From NCBI GenBank assembly GCA_041946805.1, contig JBHGBC010000014.1, positions 1-64,000 on the forward strand: a stretch of DNA of 64,000 bases, in the 5' to 3' direction. The stretch's first letter is position 1, and each line of letters opens with the position of its first letter. A program made the translations under genes and the position numbers. Below the pieces are notes generated by a model that was not told the origin of the DNA, did not search any database, and saw only the letters and a list, made by a program, of their open reading frames with translations. Shown here piece after piece: positions 10,226-17,292 of this stretch. Source of the DNA: a bacterium (GTDB lineage Bacteria > Hinthialibacterota > Hinthialibacteria > Hinthialibacterales > Hinthialibacteraceae).

Positions 10226-10969
10226 TCGTCGGGGATTGGCCAGGCGTTTGCCGAAGAGCTCGCCGCGCGGGGATTCGACCTGGTGCTGGTGGCGAGACGG
10301 GGCGACCGGCTGGAGAAGATCCAGAAAGATCTCGAATCCCGCTTCGGCGTTTCCGTCCTGCCCACGGTCCAGGACCTGACCGCGCCCCATGCCGCGCGCC
10401 GGATTTGCGATGAAGTCCAGAAATCCGGATGGGAAATCGGCCTGCTGATCAACAACGCCGGCTTCGGCAGCCAGGGAGAATTCGATACGTTGAACCTGGA
10501 AAACGAGCTGGCCATGGTGGACCTGGCCTGCCGCGTTCCCGTGGAATTGACGCATCGCCTGGTCCCGGGGATGAAGCAACGCAAGCGGGGCGGAATCATT
10601 TTCGTCTCCAGCGTACTGAGTCAGTTCCCTTCCCCCTACATGGCGACCTACGCGGCTGGGAAGGCGTTTGAGTTTTCATTTTCCAATTCCCTGCACGGCG
10701 AATGGAAGGCATACGGCATCGATGTACTGGCCTTGTTGCCTGGAACCACGGACACGGAGTTTTTCCAAGTGGCCAAGTCGCAACGGCGGATTGCCATGCC
10801 CAAGGCCGATCCCCGCGCGGTCGCCCGGACGGCACTGCGCGCCCTGGGCAAGAAGCCCTACGTAGTGCACGGGTGGACCAACAAGATCTCGGTGTTCATG
10901 TCCCGCTACCTATTGACCCGCTGGCTGATCCGCCTGGTGCGTTTGTATATGCAGCCCCGGTCAAGGTGA
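10226..10969 (+). pseudogene. Short-chain dehydrogenase/reductase with a disrupted 5' end
   Basis: In-frame SSGIGQAFAEELAARGFDLVLVARR, INNAG and YAAGK, but an in-frame TGA at 10220-10222 removes the start and the TG of TGxxxGIG. Confidence 0.65.
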
Positions 10970-11124
10970 CACTGCCAAGGTGCAATTTACATTACGCTTT
11001 TCCCGGGGAGAGAGGGGGACTACGGAATACACCGCCGAGACGCGGAGGGCGCGGAGAATCAATAAAGATCATCAGGGAAGTGAGTACATAATGGCAAAAG
11101 GTACCTGATACCCTCCAAGAATCC

Positions 11125-11190
11125 GGGCGGACACCAAGGTCCGCCCCTACAATATTCTCTCACCCTGTCCCTCTCCCAGAGGGAGAGGGG
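11125..11190 (+). repeat. Composite repeat: GTAG-type REP (GGGCGGACAC..GTCCGCCCCTAC) fused to a BoxC-like palindrome
   Basis: Same arrangement inverted at 21559-21624 and direct at 60437-60509. Confidence 0.8.
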
Positions 11191-11282
11191 ATTAGAAGTG
11201 AACCCTCTCCCAGAGGGAGAGAGGATCCGAAGTGAAAAGTGGTTGCGTCAAAGCGGGAGGTGAATGCGAATAAGATAGGTTT

Positions 11283-11385
11283 TCCCTCACCCCGGTCCTC
11301 TCCCGGAGGGAGAGGGAGGTTTTGTGGAGGGAATTGTCTGAATCAGGATGGTCCGGATATGCAGGATGACCAGGATATGATGGAT
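11283..11385 (+). repeat. Composite BoxC-like + TTGTCTGAATCAGGAT tandem repeat
   Basis: Closely similar to 10024-10113, including the linker tttgtggaggg. Confidence 0.8.
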
Positions 11386-11490
11386 TATGCGCCGTGAGCT
11401 AATCCATCCCCCGGTTCGGGAAACTCCATAAATATTTGATGGATGATCGAACTGTATGATGATCAGGATGGACAAGATGTTGTGATCGGC

Positions 11491-12252
11491 TCAGGCGGGT
11501 TTGACGGCCACCAGCATGGCCCGTTCACTTTTGGGGTGATACGGTTCGGCCTGGAAATTGCCGTAGAGGCCATCCACTTCCAGGCCGGCCAGGTGGGCCA
11601 GGTACGACAATTCCCATCCGTTGAACATCCAGGGCCGGTAGTCGTACGCGCGGGTGACGCCATCGGGATATTGGACCGTGATCCGGTTATGCAGCCGCCG
11701 TTTATTGTCGGTCAAGGTTCGGAATTCGTGCACGGAGATATTGCCTTGGACCGACCGGTGGACCGGAGTTAAACCGGACAGCACAAAATGGCGGTTCATC
11801 ACATCGATCAATACTTTCCCGCCCGGGCGCAACACCCGGGCGTATTCCTTCAATATCTGTATGTTCTCGTTCTGCGTATCCCCATATCCGAAGCTGCTGA
11901 ACAGGCAAATGACGAAATCGAACAAGCCGTCCCGAAACGGCAGATGTTGCAGCAAGCCGCGCACCCAGGGGGGAGGCGCATCGGCCGGTTCGCGGATTCC
12001 CTGAGCTTGGGCCAACAGGTAGGAGGAAAAATCAAGCCCAACCACCGTGTAACCGCGCCGGGCCAGTTCCCAGCAATGGCGTCCCGCCCCGCAGGGCGCG
12101 TCCAAAATCAGCTGGCCTTTTTCCCACCGCAGTACCTTCCCGCAGAAATCCAGCTCTTTCCCGGTCCGCCAGGGAGTGGTCATGTCCTGGTACAGGGCGA
12201 GATAGTCGGGACTATTGAAAAAGTGATACGCCCAATGGGTGGTGAAGTCCAT
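11491..12252 (-). CDS. Class I SAM-dependent methyltransferase
   Basis: ILDAPCGAGRH, VVGLDFS, FDFVICLFSSFGY and RVLRPGG motifs. Confidence 0.9.
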   Translation of the reverse strand: MDFTTHWAYHFFNSPDYLALYQDMTTPWRTGKELDFCGKVLRWEKGQLILDAPCGAGRHCWELARRGYTVVGLDFSSYLLAQAQGIREPADAPPPWVRGLLQHLPFRDGLFDFVICLFSSFGYGDTQNENIQILKEYARVLRPGGKVLIDVMNRHFVLSGLTPVHRSVQGNISVHEFRTLTDNKRRLHNRITVQYPDGVTRAYDYRPWMFNGWELSYLAHLAGLEVDGLYGNFQAEPYHPKSERAMLVAVKPA

Positions 12253-12313
12253 TCGTATTGGTTCATTCCGTAATTACGTTAAGATTATGCACAAACACCC
12301 GTATTTCCCCGTT

Positions 12314-13279
12314 GGTTCTTCGCTGTATCATGTGGGTAAATCCGGGGGAACGCTGTCCCCCACGCCCTCGGGGATTCAGCGTTGGAATGCCAAGCCCGAA
12401 ACATGATCATAGAAACCTTCCCGGGAAAAGCCGGTCAGGGAGATTCCACCCGGGTTCGGACCCGGCCCCGGGGCCGACGTTCCGGCCGGAACCAGCCTAT
12501 CACCCCTCGAGGGAGTGTCACAAGAGCATGGACGAAAACGAGTTGTTCCGATCGGCCTTGGGATAGGCGGCGCCATGGCAGGCGGTCCGCTTGGCGTTTT
12601 CCTTGGAAGCGCAGCCGTTGGATAGCGGTCTTGATTTCCCCTGTGGGAATCAGTTTCCCTGTCCGGAATGCGGCCTGTTGTGCGGGGCGTATGATACACA
12701 GGAGCGGACCTGGCGGCATCTGAATAGCAACCGGCGCCAAATCCATTTGCATGCCCGTCCGCCGCGCGTGCAGTGCCCCGAGGGCGGAGTCTGGAGCAGA
12801 ACGTGGCCCAGGCGCGCCGCCGCAGGGATCTTGCGGAGGTGTCGCGGGTGGGGGTGGACGAAACCGTGCGCGCCCAGGGCCTTCAGTACATGACGGGGTT
12901 CAAGGATTTGGAGGAACGCCGGATCGGGATCTCCACGGAAGGGAAGGACGCGGAGACGGTGAACGAGTTCAAGGCCGGTCTGGAGGCGCGCGGGGGGCCA
13001 GCGGAGCGGGTGGAGGAATTTTGCCAGGATCTGCCGCCGGTGACCGCGTTAGCCAAGACGATGAAACGGCATTGGAACGGAGTGGCGCGGGGGTTTCAAA
13101 CGGAGATCAGCCATGGATTCATGGAAGGCATGAACCGCCTCATCCAGGCGGCGAATGCGCGTCCGCGGGGATACCGCAGTGTCAACTATTTCATCACCAT
13201 GATATAACTGAACGGCGGGAAATTGGTGTTTCGCTGGCCAAGTCCGCCGGCCGTGACCCAAACTAAACAGCGAGGAGGC
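12314..13279 (+). mobile_element. Internally deleted ISL3-family insertion sequence remnant
   Basis: 24-bp imperfect terminal inverted repeats (12314-12337 and 13256-13279, 17/24 match by hand); transposase fragments from ATG 12528 with TAG at 12564, CPECG...RTWRHLN, VGVDET and EGMNRLIQ...RGYRS. Confidence 0.85.
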
Positions 13280-13289
13280 GATAAATCGA

Positions 13290-15170
13290 ATGATGAAAAT
13301 CCCGAATCTTATCCTTCTCACCTATCTCGTATCACAGCATCCCGCACATTCTTCGATCACGATTGGGGCGGTTCCCGACAGCGTTCGAGTGAATCCGCAA
13401 ACGGGGCGGATTTACGAGAACAGCGATGTCTATCCCGCAAACGACCGCTGGCAATCCGGCTACCGGGATGAGAACTCCGTCTGGCGCAAGGATCGAGACC
13501 GCAACAAAGTATTTCTATGGGGGGCGCGCAATGAATACGTCTCCGCTCAAATAATTCTTGCCAGAAACGATTCCGATTTGTCTGAAATGATCATCGAAAT
13601 CAGCGAACTCAAAGGACCGGCTGTCATCCCATGCGCCAAGAATATTTCACTGTTCAAAGAGTGGTATGTTAAGGTCGACCGGCCGTCGGAAGCGTATATT
13701 CGCTCCCTTGGTCTTGGTTGGTATCCCGAAATATTGATACCCTATAACGAAGAGGAATCCGGAAAGCACGGGATGCCATTCTCGCTGCCCGATGCCCAGA
13801 ATAAAATCCCCGGCCAACAGAATCAAGCATTTTGGTTGGATGTATTTGTGCCCAAAACCATACCCGCCGGTCTCTATCAAGGCACGATAACCATCCAGGG
13901 AAAGGCGGGTGATACATTTTTCCATCACGCCGTGCCGTTGGAACTTCAGGTTATGGATTTCACTCTCCCGGACGATTATCATTTCATTCCCAGTTTAAAT
14001 ACCTACGGCCAACCATTTCGCGATGCCAGCCGAACGATGGAGTACTTTCAAACCGCTCATCGCCATCGCTGCCTGTGTGAATCATTCAATCCCAAGCCGC
14101 CATTCCAAGGGAGAGGTGAGCAAGTCAAAATAGATTGGATGGCCTACGATGAAACGCTCTCCCCGTTTTTGGATGGAACAGCTTTCACGTCGAAATATAA
14201 TTATTATGGACCGGGAACGGGTCGGCCCATTGCTCGAATATATCTTCCTTTTACCAACAATCAAAGTTGGGTGGGGAAGGCGGTACCCTTGGGGGATTCC
14301 GATCATGAATCGACCTATCAAGAAGTACTAAGACAGATAGAACGGCATTTTGACGAAAAGGGATGGAATCAGACTGTCTTGGTATTTTTCATCAACGATT
14401 TTGATGAAACCAAAACCCAGGAAGGTCATGGGTGGATTGAATACTATGGAAAACTTCTCTGGTCGGCTGGGCTCAAAAATCCCTCTCGTTTCCGATACCG
14501 ATTTGACAGCGGGGCTTTGCGCAATATCAGCGAACATATACCAGAATGGACATCGGAAATCCTTATCCACAAATTGGACGAGGTCAACCTGTGGGTGGTT
14601 TGCGGAGCCGAGAAATACATCTCGGCCAACGAGGCCGCCGCTCTCCGCCGCCAGGGCAAAGATGTTTGGTTCTATTTTTCAAACACCTCGGGAGAACCTT
14701 GCATCGGCAGTTGTTATATCGACGCGGAGTTGATTGGATTGCGTACATGGCCTTGGATCGGCATGCGGTACGGATTGACCTCCGCCTGCATCTGGGAGTG
14801 GACCTATGGAGCGAGTATCGTAAAGAGATGGACCGATCCCTGGACCGGAGAGGCCGGCGCCCGTGGAAACGGCGATGCCTGCTTGATTTATGATGGCTCG
14901 TTTGCCGGAATCCAAAGAATGTGTCCATCCATACGCTTGAAGTCTCTTCGCCGCGGCGTACAAGATTATGAATACTTATGGATATTAGCCAATGAATTCC
15001 ATAGATCGAAAACCGTCGAAGAGATAGTCCGCCAAATCATTCCCGCAGCACTCGATCAAGCCGGCGCCCAGCCTCCAGGAAAATGGAAGCATGATCCCGA
15101 GAGTTGGGAGAAGGCGCGGCAACAGATTGCATCTGAAATCATGAAATGCCAATCGAAGGCAATGCAATAG
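13290..15170 (+). CDS. DUF4091-type / glycoside-hydrolase-like exported protein
   Basis: GARNEYVSAQI, FWLDVFVP...AGLYQG, C-terminal SIRLKSLRRGVQDYEYL; visibly lower GC than neighbours. Confidence 0.75.
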   Translation: MMKIPNLILLTYLVSQHPAHSSITIGAVPDSVRVNPQTGRIYENSDVYPANDRWQSGYRDENSVWRKDRDRNKVFLWGARNEYVSAQIILARNDSDLSEMIIEISELKGPAVIPCAKNISLFKEWYVKVDRPSEAYIRSLGLGWYPEILIPYNEEESGKHGMPFSLPDAQNKIPGQQNQAFWLDVFVPKTIPAGLYQGTITIQGKAGDTFFHHAVPLELQVMDFTLPDDYHFIPSLNTYGQPFRDASRTMEYFQTAHRHRCLCESFNPKPPFQGRGEQVKIDWMAYDETLSPFLDGTAFTSKYNYYGPGTGRPIARIYLPFTNNQSWVGKAVPLGDSDHESTYQEVLRQIERHFDEKGWNQTVLVFFINDFDETKTQEGHGWIEYYGKLLWSAGLKNPSRFRYRFDSGALRNISEHIPEWTSEILIHKLDEVNLWVVCGAEKYISANEAAALRRQGKDVWFYFSNTSGEPCIGSCYIDAELIGLRTWPWIGMRYGLTSACIWEWTYGASIVKRWTDPWTGEAGARGNGDACLIYDGSFAGIQRMCPSIRLKSLRRGVQDYEYLWILANEFHRSKTVEEIVRQIIPAALDQAGAQPPGKWKHDPESWEKARQQIASEIMKCQSKAMQ

Positions 15171-15244
15171 AATCTGAACAAAGAGCTTTGGTCGATTATA
15201 TACAATTAGCACAACCATTCGGCATTCGTGGTAAGTTGGCTTAT

Positions 15245-15471
15245 GGCGGTCGAAAAATGAGCTGGGTGCGGTCGATAAGTGCGGGCTTTCAGGATCCCGC
15301 TTTTCAAATATCTTCCCGGCGGATGCGCACTCGAATCCGGGTCCCTTGCTCCATGCCGCGATACACCTCGGTTCCCCTCCCTGAAAGTTTTTTCTTTCCG
15401 GTTTCGGAAGAATGGACCGCCCTTTTCAACCGCCCTCTCCTCGACGACCTTCGCCGCACTTTTCAACCGCC
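15245..15471. mobile_element. MITE-like remnant with doubled GGCGGT(T/C)GAAAA terminal inverted repeats
   Basis: Left ends at 15245 and 15268; right ends at 15421-15434 and 15454-15471 (15/17 match for one pair); no convincing ORF inside. Confidence 0.5.
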
Positions 15472-15519
15472 GTTTACATGTGAGAGCGCCGCGTGGATTG
15501 AGTCAATCGGGAGCCTTGA

Positions 15520-15753
15520 CTATTTATTTATAATTTTGGCCATTTCAAAAATCGCCATGATCGATCCAATTCCTAATAAAGCATAACCCATGAAGCTATC
15601 CCCGCCCCAAACAATGCCCACCACGATCAATCCGAAAGCCAGACCGGCCAGGGGAGTGATTTTTTTACTTTCTTTATATGTGAATAAAACCAGCACGGCA
15701 ATGACCGCCAGGACGACAATCGCTAGTGCGAGGTAGATCTGGGACGGATTCAT
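15520..15753 (-). CDS. Small membrane protein (about 3 TM segments)
   Basis: Hydrophobic segments; GGAGG RBS upstream on the minus strand. Confidence 0.7.
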   Translation of the reverse strand: MNPSQIYLALAIVVLAVIAVLVLFTYKESKKITPLAGLAFGLIVVGIVWGGDSFMGYALLGIGSIMAIFEMAKIINK

Positions 15754-15949
15754 GGCATTTCCTCCGCGTCTGATATTGATTGAATTGCCATCTCGCTGTG
15801 CCGGCTTTCCTGATCCAGCGGTTCCCCTGAAACGGCTCCCGGTTTTCTACCGATCCAGCCGGCCGAATCACTCTCCCCGAAGACCGGTGGAGGTTAGGAG
15901 GGGGCAGTCATTCTCGTAAAAAAACAGACCTCATGAATCGCCGCACAAA

Positions 15950-16591
15950 CTACTGCCCCAGCTTGATGGTTTCGTTGTCCTGGGTGTACGGAACCCCCGC
16001 CGGGCCCGAGAGGTCCGTCCGCAGGAATCCCTGTTTTTCGCTGGCGATGATGTCCCCTTTCGAATTCAGGCCGTTGCTGGGATCGTACGGGCGGGTGGGA
16101 TAGGCCTGGCGAGTCTTGTCCGGCCCCCATCCCCACACCCACCAGGTCCCATGCAAGGAATCCAATCCCGATTTGATTCCCACGTACAAATACCAGCCCG
16201 CCTGCAGGCCGTCGCCCCGGTCGTCGCTCATCGTCACGTTGCTGGGCATGTCGATGAAGGGATCGTACGGGATCTGGGACATGTAGGCGATCGGCGAAGT
16301 GATCGGACTCAGGTTGTACGTGTGCGAGAGCTGGGCGACCTCGCACAGGCCGCACGGCCATCCCGGCGGCCGGAAGGGGATGAAGTTGTTATCGATCCGG
16401 TACATGTCGACGGCGTTCGCCTGCGCGCGGATATCGGCCATGGAACGGCTGATCAAGGCCCGGACCTGCGCGTTCAGGAAATTCGGCACCGCGATGGCCG
16501 CCAACACGCCGATAATGGCCACGACGATCAGCAATTCAATCAGGGTGAAGGAACGGTTTCGCCTCATGGTCATCTCTGCTTCCCAAATCAA
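15950..16591 (-). CDS. Prepilin-type N-terminal cleavage/methylation protein (GspG/pilin-like); start probably at MTMRR
   Basis: RS|FTLIELLIVVAIIGVLAAIAVPNF class III signal. Confidence 0.9.
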   Translation of the reverse strand: MIWEAEMTMRRNRSFTLIELLIVVAIIGVLAAIAVPNFLNAQVRALISRSMADIRAQANAVDMYRIDNNFIPFRPPGWPCGLCEVAQLSHTYNLSPITSPIAYMSQIPYDPFIDMPSNVTMSDDRGDGLQAGWYLYVGIKSGLDSLHGTWWVWGWGPDKTRQAYPTRPYDPSNGLNSKGDIIASEKQGFLRTDLSGPAGVPYTQDNETIKLGQ

Positions 16592-16749
16592 AATGGATAA
16601 CCAGCATCCGCTATTTTACCATAAATCCCGAGGCCAGGTCACGCGGTTCCAAGCCGAAACACAATAATATTTGGCTAATGGTTTACCCGAATTCAGTACT
16701 TTCTCCGTGCTTTATTCGTAGTGAGAGCATAGAGGGGATCGCTAAAAGA

Positions 16750-17233
16750 TCCCCTCTCCCTCTGGGAGAGGGCCAGGGTGAGGGAAACCGTGGAAGGGCG
16801 CGATTCATCTTCTATATCAGTGTAATCGGGTAAATGGCTGATTAATTTCCCACTCTTCTGCCTTCAAACTGATCCTTACCCTGCCGTCAAATACGGATGA
16901 CATCCCCGCGCGGGCGGGAAACCAGTTCGTTGTAGGATGGATTATCGCGTAGCGCGTAATCCATCATCTCTGCGCCTGTCCAGCCAGCTGAATTACTCCT
17001 CTGGCGATGAGTGGAGGATAGGCTCTGTTGAGTTTCCGTCTTACATGATCCACCGGAATTCTGTAAAGTGACGCGAGCACCAAAGGCGCGTCCGAAGCGA
17101 GCTCAGGGCCACGCCCTGGGAAAATGACGAGAAAAGTGATAATTCCCTCTCCCTATGGGAGAGGGGTCGGGTGAGGGAGACCGTGGAGGAGTACGATTCA
17201 TCCTCCATATCCGCGTTATCGGGTAAATGGATG
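16750..17233. repeat. Two ~90-bp direct repeats (16750-16840, 17144-17233), each starting with a BoxC-like palindrome
   Basis: Both read palindrome-ACCGTGGA..GATTCATC..ATATC..ATCGGGTAAATGG; a GTAG REP (gtaggatggatta...taatccatc, about 16933-16966) lies between them. Confidence 0.75.
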
Positions 17234-17292
17234 CTTCGAAAAAAATCCATGTTGTGTTCAACGGGATTTAAAAAAGAGGGGAGATCAAACCG

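Noticed and set aside
10003..10413. 136-aa ORF with QDGQDG repeats, and other short ORFs reading PSPxPSPxGRG or ILxIL
   Set aside because: Translations of the intergenic repeat modules, not credible proteins
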